From the NCBI GenBank assembly GCA_017507585.1, contig JAFWAN010000003.1:1-60226 (forward strand): a stretch of 60,226 nt of DNA. The letters run 5' to 3'. Of the stretch, positions 1-8,893 are shown in pieces (the first letter of the stretch is position 1; the number at the start of each line of letters is the position of its first letter). The DNA comes from Clostridia bacterium. GTDB taxonomy: Bacteria; Bacillota; Clostridia; Christensenellales; Borkfalkiaceae. The translations under genes and the position numbers were made by a program. The notes below the pieces were generated by a model. It was not told the origin of the DNA. It saw only the letters and a program-made list of their open reading frames with translations, and ran no database searches.

Positions 1-1
1 G

Positions 2-3000
2 GAAGCCTATGCGGTTATCGACGTGATGAGCGCAGGGCTTATCGATTATCAGGCGGGGGCAACCTATACCGTTAGCTTTAAGGCTTACGGCGATCCCTTC
101 CACCTGTTTATCGATCACGCTTCTCCCGCGCTTTTGGACGATTGGATTCGTCCGGCAGCAGGCGCTTGGTTGGATTATGAATTGACGTTTACCGTGCCGA
201 ATGGGGTAACGCGTATTTCCTTCCTCTTTAAATCCACCACGGCTGCGTCTGAGCAGAATATTTACATCGACGATTTGTTTGTGGAAGTTGTGAAAGCGCC
301 GGTTACGAAAATGGTAGTGGCAGGCGGTAAGATTGGTACGTTGCCTACGCTTCCCAGCGGTTATTTCTGGACGATCGACGGCGAGCAAATTGCAGAAACG
401 ACCGTATATAATTACGGAATGGATAAGACGGCGATTGCGATGAACGGCGTATATTATACGTTGACGTTTGAAGGCGTTGAAAATAGAGAAATTGAAGAGA
501 ATACCGCAATTGGCACGCTTCCCGCGGTTCCTGAAAAAGCAGGGTATAAAAACGGGAAATGGACGATTGATGGCGTAGAAATTACGGCGGAAACGGTATA
601 TACCTACGGAATGGACAAAACGGCGGTTGCCGTTTACGAAAAAGCGTACACGTTGTCGTTCACTTATCCCGATATGATTGAAAATATGAAATCGGGGGAT
701 TTTGGCGCGGTCTATAACGCTGCGTATGAAATGACGGAAACGGGTGCTTACAGCGGCAAAGCATTGCATTATACGGTTGGTACGGTAGATACGGGCGCCT
801 CGGCTTCGCCTTGGATCTGTCTTTCCTCTTCTACGGTTCCCGCAGGGGAGTATATCGTTACGTTCAAGATGAAGAACAGCAGATACGTAAACGTGCAGTA
901 TCAAATCGGCGGGTATGATTACAACTCGACGACGATGCTGCAGGCAAACGTAAGCACGAAAGATGCTTGGACAAAATACGAATATACCATCAATTTGGCA
1001 AGCGATGCCAGCAGCTTGTATTTATTGGTACAAGCGCACGCAGGCGCAGGCGAGATTTATATCGACGATCTGTATTTTGGCGTAGTCCCTGCAAACAGCG
1101 GTGATAAAACCTTGGCGCTTGGTGAAAAGATCGGCGCGCTTCCTTCCATAGCGGAAAAGGATGGATATAAGCTCGTATGTACGATCGACGGCGAAGAAAT
1201 CACCGAAGATACCGTGTGGAATTATACGGAAAATAAGACGGCGGTATTATCTTACGTACAAACCCGTTTCACGCTCTCCTTTACGTATTCTATCGGTATG
1301 GAAGACGGTGAAATCAACGATAACGGGTATAACCTTGGCGCGAAGGGCGCGATGGAATTTGTAACCGAAGGAGCACTGTATGGCAGCGCAATCAAATATA
1401 CCATCAATGAAACGGGTGTAAACGGCGCTTACGTTGCAAAGGTATTCACGGTAGAAGCTGGTAAGACGTACGCGTTCAGTTATTATATGAACATTACCGA
1501 AGCAAATTCTTTGGAAATGTCCGTTTATGCAGAAGGCAGCGCAATTACGGCAGGCGACAATTTCACAGATGCAGTATCGGGCGTAACCAACGGTTGGGTA
1601 TATAGAGAAAAAACATTTACCCCGAATGCAAGCGGTACGGTAATTATATATTTCCGTGCAGGACACGGCAGCGGCGGTAACGGTACGGTATATATCGATG
1701 AAATTTACATACGTGAAAAATTAGGCGATCCAATTACCGTATATGCGGATCAGGCAATCGGGGCATTGCCCGCAGTTCCCGAGCTGGACGGTTTCACGGA
1801 CGGTAAATGGACGATAGATGGGGATATCATCAATGCGGACACGGTATGGACGTATACGGAAGATAAAGCGGCTACCTTTATTTACACGAAGCTGTACACG
1901 TTGACCTTTGGCGATACGGGTATAACGAAACAGCTCGCTGACGGCGAGGTGCTCGGTGTACTTCCTGCGGTTCCTGCAAAGGAAGGCTACGTAGGCGCTT
2001 GGTATATTAACGGTCGCAAGGTCACGGACAGCACCGTATGGACCTACAGCGAGGATATGACGGCTGAGATCATATACCAAATCAACCTGGGCATAGACGT
2101 TACTTTGACGATGGAAGAAGGCGCATCCGTACGTGTATCGGGCGACAATTCCGGTATTCGTTTTGAAACGCATATCAACAAAGCAAGCTATGACGCGTTG
2201 GTGGCAAAATACGGCGCGGAAAACGTTGAAACGGGTACGTATATTTTGCCTTTTGCATTGCTTGGCAATAACGGTATTTACGCATACGTAACGGATAGCA
2301 GCAAAGTGGCGGGCAAACATTATATTCAGGTTGTCAACGAAGGTTGGTTCAATGAAGCAACTGCAGCGACGGACGGTTACTATCAATGGTACGGTTCGGT
2401 GGTAAAAATCAAACCGCAAAACTATGCGTTAAATTACGTCGGTATCGGTTACGTGAAGGTTACCATCGGCGAAGAAATCGTTTTGATTTTGGCAGGAGAA
2501 GCTACGTTAGAGGACAGCAGAAGTATTTATCAAGTAGCCTATAAGGCGTATATTGACGAGGATAACGGATTGAACTCGAACGGTATGAGCATTTTGGAAG
2601 GCTATCTTGACAGCGTAGCAGGGCTTGAAAGCAATGCAACGAACTCTGCGCCCGTACTTGACGTTACCTTGCAAAGCTTTGGATATACGGCAGGTTATAC
2701 GCTTACGCAATCTCCAGAAACGGGTAACTATATCGTGACGGCGGAGGAAGGCAAGACCATCAATTCGTTGGTGATCGATAATATTGCCTATAAGGTAGCG
2801 CCTGCGCGTGTCATTTATTTCTCTTATTATATGGGTTTGGCAACCGTGCTTGACAGCGATGAAATCAGCGCGATGAACGCTACGATTGTGACGGCAAATC
2901 AGTTGAAAAACGGGGTTCAAGGTGTCTATGACGATGCGGATTGGACTTCTTACACGGTTCGTAACCAAAATATGAGCTTAACCCACGGCTTGAAGGCGGG

Positions 3001-5353
3001 CAATATTAAGGTGACCAATCTGACCAACTCGGCAGGGGCGTCTTATTTGACCGATACGTTAGACGTGTATGCATATAAGAGTGGCTATCAATACGGTCAA
3101 ACGGGTGCGAATACCTACGGCGGTACGCCGACGGGCTCTGCGCGTTTGAACGTTAAAAATCTTGGCTACTACTACTATGAAACGTGCGTAAGAGACATTA
3201 TCTTCAACGATTCGATTCCTTTGTACGCAACCAAAACCTATCACACCTATTCGGATAGACTGTATCAAGAATTTACGGTGGTAGCAAGCGGTACGACCAG
3301 CGGTATATTGGGGATCGGATTCGAAATGAAAATCCCTGTGGCAAACGTTGATAAGTTGATTATTGACGGAACGGAAAATTCTACGGCGACGACTTTCGAA
3401 GAGTACATTGGCTTTGACGTAAAGGGCGTCGGTGTTGTCGGTATTATTGTGGCTGGCTATGACGAGGCGGGCTACACCGTTAGATGTACACTCACGAACG
3501 ACGGAACGTATTATATCGTACGTCAACAAGTGAGGATGCCCAACCAGCTTACGCAGGCGGCTGACAAAACAGCGTTGACCTCGGAAAATCAGTTTAGCAT
3601 TTGGAATAGATTGTACACGGATGAAACGCATGCGTTTGACGGGATTACGGCGGCAAATCAGGAAGAACAAAATCCTTTGACGAATATTACCGTTACGACG
3701 GAGGATGGCGGCGCGTTTACGGGCTACAATTACGCAACGGGCGCGTATACCTTTGCAATCAACGGCGAAGGGTTCAATAATTCCTATGCAAATCCCGATA
3801 AACAGTATACGGAAAGCATCACAATCAACAATGCCCCTGACGATAGAACGATTTATATTCAGGTAAAATCGCCTAAAGCCTTGGAAGGCGCGGCGCTTAT
3901 GGATGAAAATGAAACGCAGCTTCCGATCCCCGTACAGGTTGGTAAGAACTTCCAGACGGAATATGAAGAACCGATCTTCGATCCTACGGACGCGCAATGG
4001 GGTATTACGGTGGCGCCTATCTGTGTAGAAGCAGGCAAGAATCGTACGTTTACCGTCATTAATGCGATGCAAAATTGGGGCGGCTTTGGTTTGAAACAGC
4101 TTTCCTCGATTTCCTATTACATTGGATATTATCACTTATCTACGGGTGTTACGGAAACCAACTGTATTGCTCCGTACTTCTCGTACAGCAATTCCCTCGG
4201 CAGCTTTAACAACGCTTGGATTTTGCCCGACTTCCGTGGCGGTGATACAATGTGGAACGATGAGCCTCAGTATGACTCCGTTGGTATGTTGATGGGTGTT
4301 ACAAACGGTGCAAGTACGGGTATGTACGGGGATTATTACGGTACGGATCTTGGTGTATACGTGGATTCGAAAATCCTTTCCTCGGGGCTTACGCATGCAG
4401 ACGTAGAATACAGCTACGTTTCTGAAAATGGCGATTACGAATATACGTACAGACACGTAGAAATGTCGCAAACGGACGAAGCGAGAACGTATTATACCCT
4501 CAACTTGAAATTCTTGAAAGACACGTCTATTGACAATACGGCGTTTAGTTTATTCAGTTTGAGTGCGAGAAATGTAAAATACGCTTCGTACGAATACCTG
4601 AATACGAGCGGAACGGTTGTAAACGGTAGCAATCCCACGTCGGCTTCGACGGGTGCGTGGTTCTGGGAATCATCCGTACAGGCGATTTATCCTCTTTATA
4701 AGGGCGGTTCGTATTTTGCATTATACGGTGTAAACGATAAGACGCAACAAAACGGTAACTTCGGTTTGATTGTGAAAGATTATGCGATTACCGTAAATGG
4801 TGCAAACTCTAATCTTGGTCTTGCGTTTAAGAACGACTTTATCGGTCAAACGCAAGTGAACCTTGCGGGCTTGACGCTTGAAAGAAGCACCGATTTCAAG
4901 GCTGGCGATACGATTAGCCTGAACGTGATCCTGTTGCCTTACGATAAGAACGTAAGCAACGCAAACAACGTTCGTAAGGTATATCAAGATAGCGTTATCA
5001 ATCCGGTGAAACTGACGGCTGAGACGGGCTCGGTGGTTGCCGATACGTGGATCCCTACGGTGAAAGCAAACGGCAACGTTGCGCAATTTACCGTATCGGG
5101 CGGTGTAGATACGACGAATGCATTGGGTGACGGTAAGTACAGCGTGAACTACGCAATCAAGGTAACAAACTGTACAAAGCTTGGGAAACCTGTCATTGAA
5201 GAATACGTAAACGGCGCATGGCAGACCTATACGATCGCACCTGCCAACGGTTACGATGGGTACAGTGTAGAACGTAACGAGGACGGTACGTTAACGTATT
5301 CGTTTGTGATTACGAAATCGACGGCGGATAGAACTTTCCGCGTACGCTTTTAA
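2..5353 (+). CDS. Giant extracellular protein, 5'-truncated by the window edge: CBM-like modules + InlB-type (Listeria-Bacteroides) B-repeats + ~1,080-aa unassigned C-terminal region
   Basis: The frame is open from nt 2 with no stop before the first GTG/ATG at 23-28; TAA at 5351-5353. Three ~140-aa modules ending in IYIDDL / VYIDEI-type strands alternate with five repeats of the pattern G(A/T)LPxxPxxxGYxxxxWTIDGxxIxxxTVWxYxxDKTA. The rest (from about aa 690) carries no motif I can assign. Confidence 0.85.
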   Translation, partial: EAYAVIDVMSAGLIDYQAGATYTVSFKAYGDPFHLFIDHASPALLDDWIRPAAGAWLDYELTFTVPNGVTRISFLFKSTTAASEQNIYIDDLFVEVVKAPVTKMVVAGGKIGTLPTLPSGYFWTIDGEQIAETTVYNYGMDKTAIAMNGVYYTLTFEGVENREIEENTAIGTLPAVPEKAGYKNGKWTIDGVEITAETVYTYGMDKTAVAVYEKAYTLSFTYPDMIENMKSGDFGAVYNAAYEMTETGAYSGKALHYTVGTVDTGASASPWICLSSSTVPAGEYIVTFKMKNSRYVNVQYQIGGYDYNSTTMLQANVSTKDAWTKYEYTINLASDASSLYLLVQAHAGAGEIYIDDLYFGVVPANSGDKTLALGEKIGALPSIAEKDGYKLVCTIDGEEITEDTVWNYTENKTAVLSYVQTRFTLSFTYSIGMEDGEINDNGYNLGAKGAMEFVTEGALYGSAIKYTINETGVNGAYVAKVFTVEAGKTYAFSYYMNITEANSLEMSVYAEGSAITAGDNFTDAVSGVTNGWVYREKTFTPNASGTVIIYFRAGHGSGGNGTVYIDEIYIREKLGDPITVYADQAIGALPAVPELDGFTDGKWTIDGDIINADTVWTYTEDKAATFIYTKLYTLTFGDTGITKQLADGEVLGVLPAVPAKEGYVGAWYINGRKVTDSTVWTYSEDMTAEIIYQINLGIDVTLTMEEGASVRVSGDNSGIRFETHINKASYDALVAKYGAENVETGTYILPFALLGNNGIYAYVTDSSKVAGKHYIQVVNEGWFNEATAATDGYYQWYGSVVKIKPQNYALNYVGIGYVKVTIGEEIVLILAGEATLEDSRSIYQVAYKAYIDEDNGLNSNGMSILEGYLDSVAGLESNATNSAPVLDVTLQSFGYTAGYTLTQSPETGNYIVTAEEGKTINSLVIDNIAYKVAPARVIYFSYYMGLATVLDSDEISAMNATIVTANQLKNGVQGVYDDADWTSYTVRNQNMSLTHGLKAGNIKVTNLTNSAGASYLTDTLDVYAYKSGYQYGQTGANTYGGTPTGSARLNVKNLGYYYYETCVRDIIFNDSIPLYATKTYHTYSDRLYQEFTVVASGTTSGILGIGFEMKIPVANVDKLIIDGTENSTATTFEEYIGFDVKGVGVVGIIVAGYDEAGYTVRCTLTNDGTYYIVRQQVRMPNQLTQAADKTALTSENQFSIWNRLYTDETHAFDGITAANQEEQNPLTNITVTTEDGGAFTGYNYATGAYTFAINGEGFNNSYANPDKQYTESITINNAPDDRTIYIQVKSPKALEGAALMDENETQLPIPVQVGKNFQTEYEEPIFDPTDAQWGITVAPICVEAGKNRTFTVINAMQNWGGFGLKQLSSISYYIGYYHLSTGVTETNCIAPYFSYSNSLGSFNNAWILPDFRGGDTMWNDEPQYDSVGMLMGVTNGASTGMYGDYYGTDLGVYVDSKILSSGLTHADVEYSYVSENGDYEYTYRHVEMSQTDEARTYYTLNLKFLKDTSIDNTAFSLFSLSARNVKYASYEYLNTSGTVVNGSNPTSASTGAWFWESSVQAIYPLYKGGSYFALYGVNDKTQQNGNFGLIVKDYAITVNGANSNLGLAFKNDFIGQTQVNLAGLTLERSTDFKAGDTISLNVILLPYDKNVSNANNVRKVYQDSVINPVKLTAETGSVVADTWIPTVKANGNVAQFTVSGGVDTTNALGDGKYSVNYAIKVTNCTKLGKPVIEEYVNGAWQTYTIAPANGYDGYSVERNEDGTLTYSFVITKSTADRTFRVRF

Positions 5354-5367
5354 GGAGGTAACGGACT

Positions 5368-5478
5368 ATGCAAAAATATGAAGATATTACATTAGACATC
5401 GTATTGTTGACGGTAGACGTTATCAGAACGAGCAAACCAGGGGACAATTACGACGAGGATGTCGATTGGGAGGTTTAA
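5368..5478 (+). CDS. Small ORF, 36 aa (MQKYEDITLDIVLLTVDVIRTSKPGDNYDEDVDWEV)
   Basis: ATG at 5368 is preceded by AGGAGG (5353-5358, 9-nt spacing) that overlaps the stop of the giant gene. TAA at 5476-5478. The ORF is below the 60-aa cutoff of the ORF track. It has a hydrophobic core and an acidic tail. Confidence 0.4.
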   Translation: MQKYEDITLDIVLLTVDVIRTSKPGDNYDEDVDWEV

Positions 5479-5498
5479 AAGGATATTTTATCGCGCTT

Positions 5499-5526
5499 GC
5501 GGAGGGTAACGAAAGTTATTCTCCGC
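5499..5526 (+). other. Intercistronic stem-loop (12-bp stem including 2 G-U pairs, GAAA tetraloop), no T-tract
   Basis: GCGGAGGGTAAC-GAAA-GTTATTCTCCGC paired by hand. It lies between the small ORF and the next surface-protein gene. Confidence 0.4.
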
Positions 5527-5603
5527 GAAATGCGGTAAAAAGGAATAAGGTTCTCGGAGGGGAACGTTAAAAAAATACTACAAAAATAAAAGGGAAAAAT
5601 GTT

Positions 5604-8600
5604 ATGAAGAAGAATGCAAAAAAAGTATTGCTTGGCGCATTGAGCTTTGCGTTAGGGCTTACCGTATGGGCGGGCGTTGATATGACCGCACAGCAAGCAG
5701 ACGCCGCAGGGGAAACTTATACGTTAAAATTCGTAGACACGGGTTATATTGAAACGTTGAACTCTGTAAACTTAAACGGTAACGGTACGGCTTCGCTTGT
5801 GGAAGACGAGGCGATTTCGGGTAAAGCAGTCAAGGTTGTGGCAAACGACACCTCTGCGTATCCGTATTTCCGTGTTTTTGACAATAATACGGTAACGGCA
5901 GGCGATACCTATCATATTCGTTTCAAGGTAAAGGGCGACGGCACAAAGTTCCACCTTTGGCAAAATCTTGCTAGTTACGAGTTGATAAAGGATTGGATAA
6001 CAACGACGAGCGAATGGGTAGAATATAGCTACGATTATACGGTAAAAAATACTTCCTCGGAAAACGTTATGCTGTTCTATCAAATTGTAAGCGAGGGGGG
6101 CGGCTGTTTCTACATAGAAGACCTTTCGGTGGAAAAGAACGTCAGTGTCACGAATGGCAGCGCGATCGGCGCACTTCCTACCCTTGCGGCGGAACAAGCT
6201 TGGACAATTGACGGCAAAGTGATCAGTGAGGATACGATTTGGGATTATACGGAAGATAAAACAGCGTTTACGCAGTGTGTAGATACGCTGAGCTTTGCAT
6301 ATCCCGACGTAATTGAAAATATTGCAGAGGGGGATTTTGGCGCAGTATATAATGCTACGGCAGAACTCACCGAAACGGGCGCATATGACGGTAAGGCGTT
6401 AAAATTTACGGTAGGCACGGCAAATGTAAGCAATTCTGCTTCACCTTGGATTTGTCTTTCTTCTTCTGCGGTTCCCGCAGGGGAATACGTCGTCAACTTT
6501 AAGATGCTGAACAGCAAATACGTCAATGTGATGTATGAGGTTGGCGGACACACCTATGAAGGGACGACGATGCTGCAGGCAAACGTAAGCAATAAAGCGG
6601 CTTGGACAGAGTATGAATATACCGTCAATTTGGCAAGCGACGCAAGCAGCTTATATCTTTTGCTCAATGCGCATCCCGGCGCAGGTGAAGTATACGTTGA
6701 CGATTTAACGTTCACGTTGAAAGAAAATATGTCCAAACTCGTTTTTGACGGAACCGCTATCGGAACGCTTCCTGTGTTGGGCGAGGATTTGTACTGGGCA
6801 ATTGACGGTAAAAAGATAACCGCAGAAACGGTATGGACGTATGAAGGCAGCAAAACGGCAACGATCGAACAGGTCAAATACCTCAGCTTTGATCCCGTTA
6901 GCGGCGACTTGATTGACGACGTATTCACGGAAACGTGGGTTGGCGGCGCAGTAAACAACGGTATGGCTGCTATTGTAGGCGAAGAAAATAAGCAGGTTGA
7001 GGTTAGCTTGACTGCAGCCGAGGACGCAGCAAGAATTTTCCTCCGTCAAACGGTCCTTACCCCTGACGACGTATATACGTTAAAATTCAAGATGAAAGGC
7101 GACGGTTCGAAGGTGCATTTCTTCTTCATGCCCGGCGATATCTTGCTGAAAGATTGGGTGGCGACTACGACGGAATGGACGGAATATACGTATACGGTAA
7201 CGGTAAAGGTAGCAGACGGCGCGCAGCTTTGGGTAAAAGCAGCTTCCGTGGCATCCGCTGACAGTAAGGTATATCTTGACGATATCAGCCTTGAAAAGCC
7301 GATCGATACGATGGTTGTAGATAAAGACGAAGCAATCGGGGCTTTGCCTGCATTGCCTGAAAAAGAGCATTACGTTGGAGCTTGGACGATTGACGGAGAA
7401 GTGATCAACGCAGACACGGTATGGACGTATGACGTTAGCAAGACGGCAAAGCCTGTCTATACGGCAAAGGAATACACCGTAACGTTTATGAACGGCGAAG
7501 ACGTGGTAGATACGCAGACCTACACCGTAGAAAACACGGAAATCACTGTACCCGAGGTACCTGCAAAAGAATACTACACAGGCGTTTGGGCAGCCTATGC
7601 ATTAAACGGCGGCAACGTCACGGTTAATGCAGTGTATACGGCAAAGGAATACACCGTAACGTTTATGAATGGCGAAGACGTGGTTGACACGCAGATTTAC
7701 ACCGTAGAAAACACGGAAATTAGCGAACCCGAAGTACCTGCAAAAGAATACTACACGGGCGTGTGGGCAGCTTACGAATTAAACGGCGGCGACGTCACGG
7801 TTAACGCGGTTTATACGGCAAACGAATATACCGTAACGTTTATGAACGGCGAAGACGTGATAGACACGCAGACCTATACCGTAGAAAATACGGAAATTAC
7901 CGTACCTGAAGTACCTGCAAAAGAGCATTATACGGGTGCATGGGCTGCATACGAGCTTAACGGCGGCGATAAGATTGTCAGCGCAGTGTATACGGCAATC
8001 GAATACACCGTAACGTTTATGGCGGAAGGCGTAGAGGTTGAAAAGGTAAGCTATACCGTAGAAGATACGGCGATTGTAGAACCTACCGTACCCGCAAAAG
8101 AAGGCTACGGTGGCAAGTGGGAAGCATACACGCTTGATGGCGGTAACGTTACTGTAAACGCAATTTATACCGCAGGTGTTTATACGGTTACCTTTAAGGT
8201 GGACGGAATTACGCTTGTAACGGAAGAATATACGGTTGAAAATACGGAAATCACTGTACCCGAAGTACCTGCAAAAGAATACTATACGGGCGTATGGGAA
8301 AGCTATGAACTCAACAGCGGCGACGTAACGGTCAACGCAATTTACACGGCAATCGAATACACCGTAACGTTTGTGGCGGACGGCGTAGAAGTTGACAAGG
8401 TAGGCTATACCGTAGAAAATACGGAAATTGCCGTACCCGAAGTGCCTGCGAAAGAAGGCTATACGGGCGTATGGGCAGCGTATAAACTTAACGGCGGCGA
8501 TAAGACGGTAGAAGCGGTTTATACGGAGATTCCGCAGGTGCCTGACAATTCTGAAGAACCCGATTCTTCGATAGAAGAAGATTCTAAAGAACCCGAATCT

Positions 8601-8843
8601 TCTGAAAAGCCCGAATCGTCCGAAAAACCTGATTCTTCGGTAGAAGAAGAGCCTAAGGATTCGGAAAATCCTGATTCTTCGACGGATAAAGCGCCTTCCA
8701 TTATGGACAAAATTAAAAACTTGATTCCTGACAGTATTAAGAGCAAGATTCCCGGTTGCTCGGGCATTATTGGCGGCGTTAGCGGCGGCATCGCAGCGCT
8801 TGGCGTTGCCATTGCGGTGCTTTTGAAGAAGAAGGAAGACTAA
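5604..8843 (+). CDS. Surface protein: signal peptide + CBM-like modules/B-repeats + six tandem 59-aa InlB-type B-repeats + acidic Ser/Glu/Pro linker + C-terminal membrane anchor
   Basis: The N-terminus MKKNAKKVLLGALSFALGLTVWAGV...AQQADA is signal-peptide-like. The module order matches the upstream gene. YTVTF...VPEVPAKEYYTGVW repeats are present. The C-terminus is IIGGVSGGIAALGVAIAVLL followed by KKKED. No LPXTG motif. Confidence 0.9.
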   Translation: MKKNAKKVLLGALSFALGLTVWAGVDMTAQQADAAGETYTLKFVDTGYIETLNSVNLNGNGTASLVEDEAISGKAVKVVANDTSAYPYFRVFDNNTVTAGDTYHIRFKVKGDGTKFHLWQNLASYELIKDWITTTSEWVEYSYDYTVKNTSSENVMLFYQIVSEGGGCFYIEDLSVEKNVSVTNGSAIGALPTLAAEQAWTIDGKVISEDTIWDYTEDKTAFTQCVDTLSFAYPDVIENIAEGDFGAVYNATAELTETGAYDGKALKFTVGTANVSNSASPWICLSSSAVPAGEYVVNFKMLNSKYVNVMYEVGGHTYEGTTMLQANVSNKAAWTEYEYTVNLASDASSLYLLLNAHPGAGEVYVDDLTFTLKENMSKLVFDGTAIGTLPVLGEDLYWAIDGKKITAETVWTYEGSKTATIEQVKYLSFDPVSGDLIDDVFTETWVGGAVNNGMAAIVGEENKQVEVSLTAAEDAARIFLRQTVLTPDDVYTLKFKMKGDGSKVHFFFMPGDILLKDWVATTTEWTEYTYTVTVKVADGAQLWVKAASVASADSKVYLDDISLEKPIDTMVVDKDEAIGALPALPEKEHYVGAWTIDGEVINADTVWTYDVSKTAKPVYTAKEYTVTFMNGEDVVDTQTYTVENTEITVPEVPAKEYYTGVWAAYALNGGNVTVNAVYTAKEYTVTFMNGEDVVDTQIYTVENTEISEPEVPAKEYYTGVWAAYELNGGDVTVNAVYTANEYTVTFMNGEDVIDTQTYTVENTEITVPEVPAKEHYTGAWAAYELNGGDKIVSAVYTAIEYTVTFMAEGVEVEKVSYTVEDTAIVEPTVPAKEGYGGKWEAYTLDGGNVTVNAIYTAGVYTVTFKVDGITLVTEEYTVENTEITVPEVPAKEYYTGVWESYELNSGDVTVNAIYTAIEYTVTFVADGVEVDKVGYTVENTEIAVPEVPAKEGYTGVWAAYKLNGGDKTVEAVYTEIPQVPDNSEEPDSSIEEDSKEPESSEKPESSEKPDSSVEEEPKDSENPDSSTDKAPSIMDKIKNLIPDSIKSKIPGCSGIIGGVSGGIAALGVAIAVLLKKKED
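7464..8525 (+). repeat. Six in-frame tandem repeats of 177 nt (59 aa) inside the surface-protein gene
   Basis: Unit starts are at 7464 and 7641 (177-nt offset measured on the sequence). Units 1 and 2 differ at 5 of 59 residues; later units are more diverged. Confidence 0.9.
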
Positions 8844-8855
8844 GCAAATAAGGCC

Positions 8856-8883
8856 CTGCCTCCGTAGCTTTCTACGGGGGCAG
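8856..8883 (+). other. Intercistronic stem-loop (12 bp, one G-U), no T-tract, abutting the next RBS
   Basis: CTGCCTCCGTAG-CTTT-CTACGGGGGCAG. The 3' arm ends at the GAGGAG RBS of the esterase gene. Confidence 0.4.
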
Positions 8884-8893
8884 AGGAGCTAAT

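Noticed and set aside
1247-5086. Series of minus-strand ORFs (1247-1666, 1721-2419, 2507-2968, 3059-4135, 4136-4471, 4721-5086) inside the giant surface-protein gene
   Set aside because: They tile the antisense strand of one continuous 5.3-kb sense ORF that has clear repeat and module structure. They have no RBS and an Arg/Ile/Phe-rich composition.
7464-8525. Regular 177-nt repeats considered as a possible CRISPR-like or satellite array
   Set aside because: The repeats are contiguous with no unique spacers. They are in frame within a long ORF and encode a recognisable 59-aa B-repeat domain. The unit is also far longer than CRISPR repeats.
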